Origin: Trueperaceae bacterium
Lineage (GTDB): Bacteria > Deinococcota > Deinococci > Deinococcales > Trueperaceae
Assembly: GCA_030147925.1 (NCBI GenBank)
Contig: JASBUK010000016.1
Span: forward strand, 15,713 to 79,712
Reading direction: 5' to 3'
Length of the DNA stretch: 64,000 nt
The position numbers and the translations under genes are program-made. Under the pieces are notes generated by a model, which made no database searches, was not told where the DNA came from, and saw nothing but the letters and a program-made list of their open reading frames with translations. Positions 48,501 to 57,871 of this stretch are shown piece by piece. The first letter of the stretch is position 1, and every line of letters starts with the position of its first letter.

Positions 48501-49142
48501 AACCGGGTGGTCGGGCGATAGACCGCGTGCTCGGTGGGCGCGCACCAGATCGTCGTCAATAAGGGCGCGAATATCTTCGTCGAGCAGCTTTTCTATCTTC
48601 ATGACTTCATGCGACGTTCTAAAACCGTCCATGATGTTCATAAAGGGTACGCGGCTCCCCAGGGTGGCCGCTTGCGAAATAAGCGCAAAATCCTGGGCTT
48701 CTTGCACCGAGTTGGCAAAGAGCATGCCCCAGCCGGTGGACCTGGCGGCCATTACATCACTATGGTCGCCAAAGATTGATAGGCCCTGAGCCGCCAGTGA
48801 ACGCGCCGCAATATGAAAGACCGTGCTGGTGAGTTCCCCGGCAATCTTGTACATATTGGGAATCATCAGCAAAAGGCCCTGGCTGGCGGTAAAAGTGGTG
48901 GTTAGAGCGCCGGTTTGCAAAGCGCCATGAACCGCACCGGCAGCGCCGCCTTCGGCCTGCATTTCTTGCACCAGGGGCACAGTTCCCCAGATATTTTTCT
49001 CGCCTTTGGCGCTCCAGATATCCGAGAACTCACCCATGGGTGAAGACGGAGTGATGGGATAGATTGCAATGACTTCATTGGTTTTGTGTGCAACGTTGGC
49101 AATAGCCTCGTTGCCGTCGATGGTTACCTGTGGCCGCTTCAA
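45546..49142 (-). CDS. nifJ: pyruvate:ferredoxin (flavodoxin) oxidoreductase
   Basis: 1198 aa. Ferredoxin domain '[13 protein letters not shown]' and '[12 protein letters not shown]'; TPP domain '[13 protein letters not shown]'. TTG start with GGAGGTG upstream. Confidence 0.95.
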   Translation of the reverse strand: MKRPQVTIDGNEAIANVAHKTNEVIAIYPITPSSPMGEFSDIWSAKGEKNIWGTVPLVQEMQAEGGAAGAVHGALQTGALTTTFTASQGLLLMIPNMYKIAGELTSTVFHIAARSLAAQGLSIFGDHSDVMAARSTGWGMLFANSVQEAQDFALISQAATLGSRVPFMNIMDGFRTSHEVMKIEKLLDEDIRALIDDDLVRAHRARGLSPDHPVIRGTAQNPDVYFQARETVNPYYLKLPAIVQSAMDKFAAQVGRQYKLFDYVGAPDAERVIVLMGSGAEAVEETVNYLLQRGEKVGVLKVRLYRPFSLEHFLSALPASTKVIAALDRSKEPGSTGEPLYQDVVTAISEGLASGNASFSDMPTIVGGRYGLSSKEFTPAMIVGLYGEMAKQNPKNHFTVGINDDLTHSSIAYDPNFDIEADDVVRAMFWGLGSDGTVGANKNSIKIIGEETNFQAQGYFVYDSKKSGARTISHLRFGPRRINSSYLITEANFVAVHQFGFLERYDILKDAAKGATLLINSPHEAAEVWNKLPRKVQEQIIDKELKLYSINAYDVAKEAGMGNRINTIMQTCFFAISGVLPKDEAIEKIKEAIRKTYGKRGEAVVRMNFAAVDAALAHLHQIDIPGEISSTIDMPPVVPEEAPEFVQNVTALMISGDGDLLPVSALPDDGTYPSGTTRWEKRNIAQEIPLWDPDVCIQCGKCVLVCPHSVIRAKIVDTEDLTDAPEGFLFTEAKFKDFGDKKYTLQVAVEDCTGCTLCVEVCPAKNKSQVGRKAINMEPQLPLREQGKKHWDFFLDLPENPQNEHLKFSNVKNVQLAQPLFEFSGACAGCGETPYLKLMSQLFGDRSIIANATGCSSIYGGNLPTTPWTTNKEGRGPAWSNSLFEDNAEFGLGMRLTLDKQNEYARELLRRLSGTGDLAAGYNGGEEPLIDAHLAEELLSADQSTEEGITAQRQQVKALKAALQGQNDPAARDLLSLADVLVKKSIWIVGGDGWAYDIGYGGLDHVLASGRNVNIVVLDTEVYSNTGGQASKATSLGAVAKFAAGGKSTPKKDLGMMATSYGYVYVAQIAMGANDAQTVKAFLEAEAYDGPSLIIAYSHCIAHGINMAKGLEQQKLATSSAYWPLYRFDPRLKDQDKNPFQLDSRAPKIPFKDYALNENRYRMLMQANPDAAEQLFEQAQQAITERWQRYEQLAKTEG

Positions 49143-49289
49143 GACGCCACCTCCTAATCAAATTTAAAAACCTGCTTTGGTGCGGCTTTTTCTGTGCTGC
49201 GGCCAAAGAGGAAGTCTACAAACTATTGTATTGTCGCATCATGATACAAGATTTACACGGGACAAAAGTCATTTTCAGGGCATAAAAAA

Positions 49290-49302
49290 CCCCGCCCCGG
49301 GG
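49290..49302 (-). terminator. intrinsic terminator after sucD
   Basis: Minus strand reads CCCCG-ggg-CGGGG followed by TTTTTT. Confidence 0.7.
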
Positions 49303-49339
49303 TAATTTAGGGCAGGGAAGATGTGGTTACGGTGTGAGC

Positions 49340-50278
49340 TTAAGCTCTACCGGCGCGTTTCATGGCTTCTAACATAGCCGAACCCATGTCGGTGGGTGTA
49401 GGAGCCATGACGACACCGGCACTCTCAAGCGCAGCAATTTTGTCTGCAGCGGTGCCCTTGCCACCGGCAATAATGGCGCCTGCGTGACCCATGCGTTTGC
49501 CTGCAGGAGCCGTCGCGCCGGCAATAAAACCGGCTACGGGCTTGTTCATGTTGGCTTTGATCCAGGTGGCGGCTTCTTCTTCGGCGCTGCCGCCGATTTC
49601 GCCGATCATGATGACGCCTTCGGTTTCGGGGTCGTTGTTAAATAGCTCGAGCACATCGACAAAGTTAGTGCCGTTGACCGGATCGCCACCGATACCCACG
49701 GCAGTGGTCTGACCCAGACCGTTGTTGCTGAGTTGGTGTACCGCTTCGTAGGTGAGGGTTCCCGAACGGCTGACCACGCCGATCTTGCCGCCCTGGTGAA
49801 TATAACCGGGCATGATGCCGATTTTGCATTCGTGCGGGGTGATAACGCCGGGGCAGTTAGGGCCTACTAAGCGGGTATTTTTGCCCTCTAAATAACGCTT
49901 GACTATCACCATGTCGTTAATGGGGATGCCTTCGGTGATGGTGATGACCAGCTTAAGCCCGGCAGCAGCGGCCTCCATGATGGCGTCAGCTGCAAAAGGT
50001 GGCGGCACATAAACCACGGAAGCAGTGGCTCCGGTAGCTTCTACGGCCTCTGCAACGGTGTTGAAAATAGGCAGATCAATACTGTAATTATCAGGCCGAC
50101 CAGCTACACCGCTATGATCGGTAGCGCCCTCGAAGTGCTCGAGCTCACCACCCCGCCCCGGATGAACCGCCCCGACCATCTGTGTACCGTAGGCAAGGGC
50201 CTTATCGGTATGAAAGTAACCAGTTTTGCCCAAGCCCTGAATGATGACTTTGCTGTCTTTGTTAACGAGAATGCTCAC
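49340..50278 (-). CDS. sucD: succinyl-CoA synthetase alpha subunit
   Basis: 'SRSGTLTYE' and 'MGHAGAII'. GTGA overlap with sucC. It has a ~20-aa insertion after 'PGRGG'. Confidence 0.9.
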   Translation of the reverse strand: MSILVNKDSKVIIQGLGKTGYFHTDKALAYGTQMVGAVHPGRGGELEHFEGATDHSGVAGRPDNYSIDLPIFNTVAEAVEATGATASVVYVPPPFAADAIMEAAAAGLKLVITITEGIPINDMVIVKRYLEGKNTRLVGPNCPGVITPHECKIGIMPGYIHQGGKIGVVSRSGTLTYEAVHQLSNNGLGQTTAVGIGGDPVNGTNFVDVLELFNNDPETEGVIMIGEIGGSAEEEAATWIKANMNKPVAGFIAGATAPAGKRMGHAGAIIAGGKGTAADKIAALESAGVVMAPTPTDMGSAMLEAMKRAGRA

Positions 50279-51498
50279 TGTGCCAGCTCCACGATTTTTT
50301 TGGCGCCGTCTTTCATATCGCTGGCGCTGATGACGTTTAACCCGGATTCATCGATGATTTGCTTACCAAGCTCTACATTGGTGCCCTCGAGCCTGACCAC
50401 TAGTGGCACTGCCAGACCCACTTCTTTGACCGCAGCCACAATGCCGTTGGCAATGACGTCACAGCGCATGATGCCGCCAAAAATATTGACAAAAATCCCT
50501 TTGACGTTGGGGTCTTTGGTAATGATCTTAAAAGCCGCGGTGACGTTTTCGGTGCTGGCGCCGCCGCCGACATCCAAGAAATTAGCTGGCTCGCCGCCTT
50601 CGTGTTTGATGATATCCATAGTGGACATAGCCAGCCCTGCGCCATTAACCAAACAGCCGATGTTACCGTCAAGCTTGATAAAACTAAGACCGTATTTACC
50701 CGCCTCGACCTCGGCGGGGTCTTCTTCTGACAAGTCACGCATTTCCACGACGTTGGGGTGGCGGTAAAGTGCATTACCGTCAAAACCCATTTTGCCGTCA
50801 AGGGCCATCACCTTCCCGCTTTTCGTGACCACCAGCGGATTTATCTCGACTAGATCGGTATCAAGCTCAGTAGCAGCTTTGGTCAGAGCCTTCATAAATT
50901 TGACGCCATTTTTAAAAGCGTCGCCAGCCAGACCCAAACCAAAAGCTAGTCGGCGCGCCTGAAAGTCTGCTAGTCCAATAGCTGGATCAATCGTCTCACG
51001 CAGTATTTTTTCCGGCGTATTGGCGGCCACTTCTTCAATTTCGGTGCCACCTTCGGTGGAAGCCATCATCAGGTTGCGGCCCGTGGCGCGATCAAGCACG
51101 ATTGAAAGATAAAGCTCACGCTCAATGTCTATGCCCTGCTCGATATAAAGGCGGTTGACCTGCTTGCCCTCCGGGCCTGTTTGCACCGTGACCAAGGTAG
51201 AACCGAGCATCTTTTTAGCCAGCTCATGAACCTTCTGTTCAGCTGCCTTTATGCCACCGTTAAGCCCGTCTAAGACAACGTTTACCCCGGCGGTGTCGGG
51301 TTGTTCTATAAAACGGCCTTTGCCGCGTCCACCGGCATGAATCTGTGATTTGACCACGACAACTTTATTACCGGAGCTTTCGACTAGGGGTCGCACGGCG
51401 GCTACCGCCTCGTCAAAGGTGGTGGCTACCCGGCCCTCGGGCACGGTGATGCCACGGGCTTTCATCAGCTCTTTGGCCTGGTATTCATGAATTTTCAA
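50275..51498 (-). CDS. sucC: succinyl-CoA synthetase beta subunit
   Basis: '[11 protein letters not shown]' ATP-grasp N-terminus and '[10 protein letters not shown]'. Confidence 0.9.
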   Translation of the reverse strand: MKIHEYQAKELMKARGITVPEGRVATTFDEAVAAVRPLVESSGNKVVVVKSQIHAGGRGKGRFIEQPDTAGVNVVLDGLNGGIKAAEQKVHELAKKMLGSTLVTVQTGPEGKQVNRLYIEQGIDIERELYLSIVLDRATGRNLMMASTEGGTEIEEVAANTPEKILRETIDPAIGLADFQARRLAFGLGLAGDAFKNGVKFMKALTKAATELDTDLVEINPLVVTKSGKVMALDGKMGFDGNALYRHPNVVEMRDLSEEDPAEVEAGKYGLSFIKLDGNIGCLVNGAGLAMSTMDIIKHEGGEPANFLDVGGGASTENVTAAFKIITKDPNVKGIFVNIFGGIMRCDVIANGIVAAVKEVGLAVPLVVRLEGTNVELGKQIIDESGLNVISASDMKDGAKKIVELAQ

Positions 51499-51600
51499 CG
51501 GCTACCTCCAATTGCGTATTAAAACGTCCTAGCCTACCGTGTTTTTAAGCGGTGTACTACTGTGTATTAGAGTTTGAAGTCCGGCGAAGGTGTGAACTGC

Positions 51601-51830
51601 AAAAGGAAAGTAATTAAGACAGTGAAAAGTAGAAAGTAAAAGGTAAAAAGTGGAAAGTAAAAAGCAGAAAGTAGTTAGTAGAAGGTAGGGATTTTCCAGC
51701 TCTGGCGAGAATCAGACAATGGGAGTTTGTTGTTTTAACCCCTCACGCCTCACACCTAACACCTCACTTTGTAGGAATGCTTTCTTAAAAAAACGCTTTT
51801 TCCACCCACCACTCACCACAAACTTCTCTT
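51601..51830 (+). repeat. intergenic repeat family, long copy D
   Basis: 'agtgaaaagtagaaagtaaaagGTAAAAAGTGGaaagtaaaaag...ggtagggattttccag...ttaacccct...tttttCCACCCACCACTCACCACAAAC', collinear with the reverse complement of copy C. Confidence 0.75.
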
Positions 51831-51940
51831 TAGCTTTTTAACGAAATCGGTATGAGATGCTCGCAACTCCTTATAATTCCGTATTTCAAGATGTGGCCTT
51901 CTATAAAGAGGACATAAGCAGACCCGAGTATGCTGGCGAT

Positions 51941-52441
51941 ATGATTCGTACAGCGATTTTGACGGTGAGTGATAGGGGCTCGAGCGGTCAACGTGTGGAT
52001 ACGACCGTTTCAGAACTGCGAACTTTATTAAGCCAGGGGCCATTTAGCGAAGTTGACTACCAGATTGTCCCTGACGAACAGGCCATGATTCGCTCAAAGC
52101 TGAGAATCTGGGCCGAAGGCGATGCCGTAGACCTGGTGCTGACCACCGGGGGGACGGGTTTGTCCCTGCGGGACCGCACTCCGGAGGCTACCCGGGAGGT
52201 CATAGAACGCGAGGTGCCGGGTTTAGCCGAACTGATAAGGCTGACCGGCATGCAAAAAAACCGCAAGGCGGCACTGTCGCGTGCGGTTGCCGGTGTGAGG
52301 CGGCATACGCTCATTGTCAACTTGCCGGGAAGCCCCAAGGGTGCCAGGGAGTCGTTAGAGGCAATCATCGGGATTTTGCCACATGCAATTGACACTATTG
52401 TGGGTGAAAAGCGTAGCGCCCCACAAGACTGGCATCATTGA
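51941..52441 (+). CDS. mogA: MogA/MoaB-family molybdopterin adenylyltransferase
   Basis: 'ILTVSDRG' and 'LVLTTGGTGLSLRDRTPEA'. Start moved to ATG 51941. Confidence 0.8.
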   Translation: MIRTAILTVSDRGSSGQRVDTTVSELRTLLSQGPFSEVDYQIVPDEQAMIRSKLRIWAEGDAVDLVLTTGGTGLSLRDRTPEATREVIEREVPGLAELIRLTGMQKNRKAALSRAVAGVRRHTLIVNLPGSPKGARESLEAIIGILPHAIDTIVGEKRSAPQDWHH

Positions 52442-52514
52442 GTGAGGCGATAAAATCCCCGACGACTTAAGATAGCTTAAAAGGTTACCGGTCTTATCCT
52501 TCTTACCAGTCGCC

Positions 52515-52543
52515 TAATAAGCCGAATTCAGGTCGGCTTATTA
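52515..52543 (+). terminator. hairpin downstream of mogA (no clear U-tract)
   Basis: 11-bp perfect stem TAATAAGCCGA/TCGGCTTATTA with a 7-nt loop. Confidence 0.45.
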
Positions 52544-52570
52544 ACGGGATTAGGTATAAGCTGTAATTTA

Positions 52571-53050
52571 ATGACCATTTTTGCAATAGTCGTTTTTATT
52601 GTCTTCTACCTAGTCGGCATCGCCGGTATTGTCTTGCCGGTCTTACCCGGTGTGGCGTTAACGGCGGTGGGTGCGCTTGTTGCCGCCTGGATGACGGGTT
52701 TTTCGCTGTTTAGCGTGACCGATGTGCTGATAATTGTTGCTCTGGCGCTGCTGGCTCAGGGCATTGACTATCTTGCGGGTGTGCTGGGGGCCAAAGGTTT
52801 TGGCGCCAGCCGCGCGGGGTTGTGGGGCAGCGTGATTGGTGCGCTTATCGGGCTTATCTGGTTTCCGCCCCTTGGTTTTTTGCTGGGGGCGCTGTTTGGG
52901 GCGGTGTTGGCCGAGTTGCTGGCTGGTAGAGAACTCAAACAGGCTTTTCGCGCCGGAATTGGAGCTTTGGTAGGCACTTTGGGAGGAATTGTCGCTAAGT
53001 TTTTTATTATCATTGCCATTGGCATTTACGCTTTTCCCAGAATGTTTTAG
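52571..53050 (+). CDS. DUF456-family membrane protein
   Basis: Four hydrophobic helices, 'VLPVLPGV' N-terminal motif, 159 aa. Confidence 0.6.
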   Translation: MTIFAIVVFIVFYLVGIAGIVLPVLPGVALTAVGALVAAWMTGFSLFSVTDVLIIVALALLAQGIDYLAGVLGAKGFGASRAGLWGSVIGALIGLIWFPPLGFLLGALFGAVLAELLAGRELKQAFRAGIGALVGTLGGIVAKFFIIIAIGIYAFPRMF

Positions 53051-53098
53051 CTGCTTTTGACTGTCACGCGGGCGGTGTAATACAAATGTTGTGTCAAG

Positions 53099-53235
53099 AG
53101 GAAAGTGAAAAGTAAAAAGTGGTAAGGAAATGATGAGGAACGGGAAAAAGAGGGGCGAGGATTGTGGAGCGCGAAACTTTTGTCCCCTTATCCTCGTTCC
53201 TTCTTGTAGGGAGTGGGGAGTGGACGCTTTCTTTC
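53099..53235 (+). repeat. intergenic repeat family, partial copy E with its own hairpin
   Basis: 'ggaaagtgaaaAGTAAAAAGTGGtaagg' (12-mer at 53111-53122), followed by the inverted repeat GAGGAACG...CGTTCCT. Confidence 0.6.
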
Positions 53236-53421
53236 TGAGGTCACGGGGTGCAGCTTTTTATTACTCAGCAAATGTTGAGCCGGTAGAGTCGGCAAGACGT
53301 TATACTGATGACGCTTTGGCTATGGCTAGAATGTTAATTGCTTATTGCTCGAGCTAATGCACAACGTCACAATTCACGATAAGCCTTTAGCTGCGTGAAT
53401 CTTGAGGAAAAGGAGTTGAGC

Positions 53422-54381
53422 ATGGACCCAATCATGCTGGAATTAGGGCCGTTGGCACTGCGTTGGTATGGTTTTTTTATTGCCCTGGGAGTACTGATAG
53501 GTACGCTGTGGGCGACAAGATTAGCAGAACAACGCGGCCTGGATAGCGAGAAACTACTGGATATGGTGGTTTATTTGGTCGTGGCCGGTATCATCGGCGC
53601 ACGCTTGGTCTACGTCCTCACCAGCCCCAGCGCCTTTTTTGGGCCTGGCGGCAACCCTGTCTCAGTGTTTTACGTCTGGCAGGGCGGCATCAGTATCCAC
53701 GGCGGTATTTTGGGTGTAGTTATAGCGGTCTGGTTATATTCGCGTATCCACAAGTTAAATATGTGGGCCTATCTGGATGTCATGACGCCTGCCGGGGCCT
53801 TGGGCATTATCGGTGGTCGCTTGGGTAATTTTATGAATGGTAGTGACACCACCGGACGCTTAACCGGTTGGCCTGTGGGCTTTACCTGGCCTGACCCTGG
53901 TACCGCCACCTGGGGAGCCTTTGGCCGCTTTGTTTTCGGCGATAACTTGTGGGCTGCTTATCCAGGCACCTGTAGTCTTGGCTCTGACGTTAGCATTTTC
54001 CAATGCACTGCCTTAGGTGGCGAAGTGGTGCGTGGCCCCGTTCACCTGGCACAAATCTACGGCATGCTAGTGGGTGTGATTTTGCTGTTTATATTGATTT
54101 GGGCCATCAGGCGCAGCCGGACGCCGGGTTTTGTGTGGTGGCAGTTCGTGTTGTGGTACTCGGTGTTGCGCATGGTTATCGAGGAGCCCTTTAGGGACAA
54201 CCCGCTGTTTTGGAAGGTATATTTGTCAGAAGGCTTTAATCAGCCTGGAATAGGCCTGTTTACGCTAACGCAGTTGGTGAGTATTCCGCTTATTTTGATC
54301 GCCCTTTACTTTCTGGTGGTCATGGATCCAGATAAAGAAGTCAGGCGAGAGCAACTGACTAGAAGGGCGCGTGGGCGCTAG
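53422..54381 (+). CDS. lgt: prolipoprotein diacylglyceryl transferase
   Basis: 'RWYGFFIALG', 'GGISIHGGILG', 'GRLGNFMNG'. ATG 53422 is preceded by AAGGAG. Confidence 0.85.
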   Translation: MDPIMLELGPLALRWYGFFIALGVLIGTLWATRLAEQRGLDSEKLLDMVVYLVVAGIIGARLVYVLTSPSAFFGPGGNPVSVFYVWQGGISIHGGILGVVIAVWLYSRIHKLNMWAYLDVMTPAGALGIIGGRLGNFMNGSDTTGRLTGWPVGFTWPDPGTATWGAFGRFVFGDNLWAAYPGTCSLGSDVSIFQCTALGGEVVRGPVHLAQIYGMLVGVILLFILIWAIRRSRTPGFVWWQFVLWYSVLRMVIEEPFRDNPLFWKVYLSEGFNQPGIGLFTLTQLVSIPLILIALYFLVVMDPDKEVRREQLTRRARGR

Positions 54382-54386
54382 TCGCC

Positions 54387-55358
54387 ATGAGCACAAAATT
54401 TGCCGTCGTCATTTTGGCAGCAGGGCAGGGCACTCGCATGAAGTCAACCCTGCCCAAAGTCCTGCATGAAGTCGTCGGTCGCCCCTTGCTCGAGCACGTT
54501 CTTAAAGCAGTAGCACCTTTAAAACCCGAGCGAACGGTGGTGGTAGTTGGCTATGGCGCCGAGCAAGTTAAGCAGCGCTTAGCGCATTATCCAATCGAGT
54601 TTGTTTTGCAAGAAGAGCGCTTGGGCACGGGGCATGCGCTTAGGCAAAGCGAGCTTGTCTTAAGAGACTTTGACGGGCCGGTGCTGGTGCTTAACGGTGA
54701 TGGGCCGCTGCTTAAAACCGCTACTTTAGCGGCCTTTATAGCCAAACAGCAAAGCTCTGCTGCGGGCATGTCACTGCTTACTTGTGAGGTGGCCGACCCT
54801 AGCGGTTTGGGCCGTATTGTTCGCAAAGAAGACGGCAGCGTAGCGCAGATTGTCGAGGAAAAGGACGCCGACTCGACACAAAAAAGTATCCGTGAAGTCA
54901 ACCCCGGCATCTATATGTTTGACCAGCAGGTTTTTGAGCTGGCCGCGCAGCTTAGCAATGATAACGCTGCTAAAGAATATTACATTACTGATCTGCCCGG
55001 TATTTATCTAAGTCTTGACAAGAGCGTGCAGGCACTGCGCATAGCCGATGAAACCGAGGTGCTGGGGATAAATGATCGCAAGCAACTGGCCTATGCAGAT
55101 CGCATTTTGCGCGACCGCGTCCGCGAACAGTGGCTTTTGGTTGGCGTCACCATGACCTCTCCCGAGCAGACCTTTATCGACGATACGGTGCACTTAGGGC
55201 CGGATGTGGTGCTCGAGCAGGGTGTCACCTTGACAGGTCGGACGGTGGTGGAAGCGGGTGCGCGCGTCGGGGCTTACGCCCACCTGACGGACTGCACCGT
55301 GACTAAGGGCGCGTACGTAGCACCGCACACGGTCAAGCGCGGGGAAACGCTTGGCTGA
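54387..55358 (+). CDS. glmU: GlmU-like N-acetylglucosamine-1-phosphate uridyltransferase with a truncated acetyltransferase domain
   Basis: 'ILAAGQGTRMKSTLPKVLH' and 'LVLNGDGPL'. It is only 323 aa, and the left-handed beta-helix stops after about 4 coils. Confidence 0.7.
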   Translation: MSTKFAVVILAAGQGTRMKSTLPKVLHEVVGRPLLEHVLKAVAPLKPERTVVVVGYGAEQVKQRLAHYPIEFVLQEERLGTGHALRQSELVLRDFDGPVLVLNGDGPLLKTATLAAFIAKQQSSAAGMSLLTCEVADPSGLGRIVRKEDGSVAQIVEEKDADSTQKSIREVNPGIYMFDQQVFELAAQLSNDNAAKEYYITDLPGIYLSLDKSVQALRIADETEVLGINDRKQLAYADRILRDRVREQWLLVGVTMTSPEQTFIDDTVHLGPDVVLEQGVTLTGRTVVEAGARVGAYAHLTDCTVTKGAYVAPHTVKRGETLG

Positions 55359-55387
55359 ATGACCTTCGGAGTGACGCGGGATACGGC

Positions 55388-57592
55388 TCAAAGAAACTTG
55401 TAGTGCTTAAGTCCCTCCAAGACTCCCGCTGCGTAGTGACCGTCGGCGAAGTAGACGTGTTTCGCGCCCTTGAGTCTCGTCAACTCCTCGGCGTGATTGC
55501 CGACGACGATGCCCCGGAAATTTCCGCGCAGCATCTCCTCGTCGTTACCCGAATCCCCGGCGACGGCGATATTTTGGGCAGGAATACCCCACTTGTGACT
55601 TAAGTAGCGAATCGCTTTGCCCTTTGAGGCGCGGTGCGGCAAAACGTCCAAAAACTGTCCGTGCGAGTAGATCAGGTTGTAGCGCAGCTTGGCCTCGTTT
55701 AAAACCCGGTGGACGGTCTCGAGGTTACCATTTTCATTCCTCATATAGTAGCTGATCTTAAAGCGGCGCTGGTTGGCCTCTTCTTGTAGTTCCAGAAAAT
55801 CTAACTCAGCCAAAACTTCGCGGATCTTTTCCGGCTTCCACCGATAAGAGATGTGCTGGGCGTAGCCCTGGTCGGGCGTGAACTCGGGTCCATAATAGAT
55901 TTCGCTGCCGACCGATGAGACGATGATATCCGGCTGGGGGAGGTCATAAGAATCCAGAACTTCCTTGACGAGTTTTAGGGAACGTCCCGACGCCACCCCG
56001 AAACCGAGGGTCGGGTGTTTGTCCTTAAGGATCTTGTTCAGCTGAACAAGCGTGTTCTGAACGCCTGTGTCCTCTTTGTTGATCAGGGTGTAATCGATGT
56101 CGCTCATGAAGAGCTTGTCAATCGTCGTCAAGTAGCGCCCGACCCTGCCTCTAGGTTTGACGGCGGGCTGCGGGGCGTCCTCGCGCATAAGGTCGGAGAT
56201 GACGTCTAAGTAGGTGTCGCAGTGCGCCCGCCAAGAATAGTGCTCGCGCACGCCCTTAATACCGTTCTCCGAATAGCAGTTCCACAGTTCCCCATCTACT
56301 AAAATTTTCTTTAGCGCACCACTGATTTCTTTGTAATTTTGAACGTCGACTAAGATGCCGCTGTTACAGTTCTTAAGGATGTCTTGCGGCCCGCCGTGGT
56401 TGGTCGAAACGACTGGCAGCCCACTTGAACTCGCCTCGATGACGGTGATGCCGAAGTTCTCGACCAGGGCAGGGTTGACGAAAACGCCTTTGGTCGCCGC
56501 GGCAAGACGGTAAAGCGCGGGAATTTCCGTGTCGGGCTTGTGCTTTTTGGGCAGTGCCATCTTCCCATAAAGGTCGTACTTGTCCATCAGCAAAAGCATC
56601 TCGGTCAGGACTTTACGCTCGTTGTCGTCCATCTCCTGAATGTCTTTACGTACACCTGCAAAGATGGCTAGATTAGCGATTGATTGGAGCTCTTTGTCCT
56701 CACCGTAGGCGGTGACCAGGCCGTCGATGTTTTTGCGCTTGTCGGGTCGGCTGATCGCCAAAATGAGCGGCTTCTCGGGACGGTTTAAGAAGCGGTTGAT
56801 CTCTCTGCGCATGTTGACGCGCGCCCAGACCTGCTCCTCGCTGGGGGTTTGTGCCTCGTCCAAGTCATGGTAGTAAGGGTAGAACTTATCCACTTCGATA
56901 CCTGGCGGAACCACCTTGAAGGTCGTGCTTTTGTGCGCGTCGTAAAGTTCGTAGCCCCGCTCGACCTCGTGATGGGTACTGGCGATGACGATGTCTGACT
57001 TGCGCATCACCTCTTCCTCTACGCTGATGCGGTGATCGATATGGTACTGCTTGTCAATCTCTTTTTTGCTGAGCCCCGCTCTGGTTAGCACTTGCAGTTT
57101 ATTGCGACCCAGAGAGTGTCCTGTGAAGATGAGAGGCACACCCAGGTAGCCAGCGAGCTCCATCGCCACGTAGCCCGCGTCCGCGTAGTGGCCGTGGACG
57201 AGGTCCGGGGTGATGCCCTCCTTGCGGTTGAAGCGCAGCACACCGTCGACGAACTCGTCTAGGTGTGGCCAGAGCAGCTCTTTGCGTATGTACTTCTTGC
57301 CGCCTGCGCGGATGCGGACGATGCGGGCGTTGTCACTTAGGGGCTCGAGCCCCTGCGCGTAGTCTTCAGCCACCTTCGGATCCTCGATGCAGCGCGTGAA
57401 AAGGTCGACCTGGGCCACCTTCGGGTGCTTACCGAGCGCCCGCGCGAACTCGACCATATATTTGGTCTGCCCACCCGTGTCCGCGTCGCGCCCCAGCTCG
57501 AGGTCGTGCGAGCGAATCAGGCCGTGGAGGCTGAAAAGCTGAATACACAATCCGTCGTCGCTACTCTCTATCTTGCCGTCTGTTTTCGTCAT
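55388..57592 (-). CDS. sps: sucrose-phosphate synthase with a C-terminal SPP-like HAD domain
   Basis: GT4 N-terminus 'GGQTKYMVEFARALG'. C-terminal HAD motifs 'SDIDYTLI' and 'AGDSGNDEEM'. Confidence 0.85.
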   Translation of the reverse strand: MTKTDGKIESSDDGLCIQLFSLHGLIRSHDLELGRDADTGGQTKYMVEFARALGKHPKVAQVDLFTRCIEDPKVAEDYAQGLEPLSDNARIVRIRAGGKKYIRKELLWPHLDEFVDGVLRFNRKEGITPDLVHGHYADAGYVAMELAGYLGVPLIFTGHSLGRNKLQVLTRAGLSKKEIDKQYHIDHRISVEEEVMRKSDIVIASTHHEVERGYELYDAHKSTTFKVVPPGIEVDKFYPYYHDLDEAQTPSEEQVWARVNMRREINRFLNRPEKPLILAISRPDKRKNIDGLVTAYGEDKELQSIANLAIFAGVRKDIQEMDDNERKVLTEMLLLMDKYDLYGKMALPKKHKPDTEIPALYRLAAATKGVFVNPALVENFGITVIEASSSGLPVVSTNHGGPQDILKNCNSGILVDVQNYKEISGALKKILVDGELWNCYSENGIKGVREHYSWRAHCDTYLDVISDLMREDAPQPAVKPRGRVGRYLTTIDKLFMSDIDYTLINKEDTGVQNTLVQLNKILKDKHPTLGFGVASGRSLKLVKEVLDSYDLPQPDIIVSSVGSEIYYGPEFTPDQGYAQHISYRWKPEKIREVLAELDFLELQEEANQRRFKISYYMRNENGNLETVHRVLNEAKLRYNLIYSHGQFLDVLPHRASKGKAIRYLSHKWGIPAQNIAVAGDSGNDEEMLRGNFRGIVVGNHAEELTRLKGAKHVYFADGHYAAGVLEGLKHYKFL

Positions 57593-57699
57593 AGCTAGAT
57601 CCTCCGCTTTATCGTTCGTTGGCTATTTTAAAAACGCTTCCCCGACCCAAGTATAGGCGAGATGATGTGAATCCTCTGAAAGCTGCTTTGCAGAAAAGG

Positions 57700-57790
57700 G
57701 CCGAGGAAAGATGAAAGATCAGGGTTTAGGGTAAAGGGAAAACCCCAACCCCTATTTTCTCCCTTGCTCTGACTTCTCTTCTTCAGCTTG
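57700..57790 (+). repeat. possible degenerate member of the intergenic repeat family (copy F)
   Basis: A purine-rich 'gaggaaagatgaaag' region and '...ctgacttctcttcttc', which resembles the end of copy B. The match is weak. Confidence 0.3.
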
Positions 57791-57871
57791 GCTCCAGCCC
57801 TGGCCACGTATCAGGCTTAGGAAAAAGGAAACACAGTAAGGTGTTAAAGTAGCGAACCAGGAGTTGGGCCT

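Noticed and set aside
53130-53357. 75-aa ORF in the DUF456-lgt spacer, and the 76-aa ORF at 51813-52043.
   Set aside because: The first overlaps repeat copy E and the second overlaps the end of repeat copy D (and the 5' end of mogA). Neither has an RBS or recognisable motifs, so they are most likely spurious.
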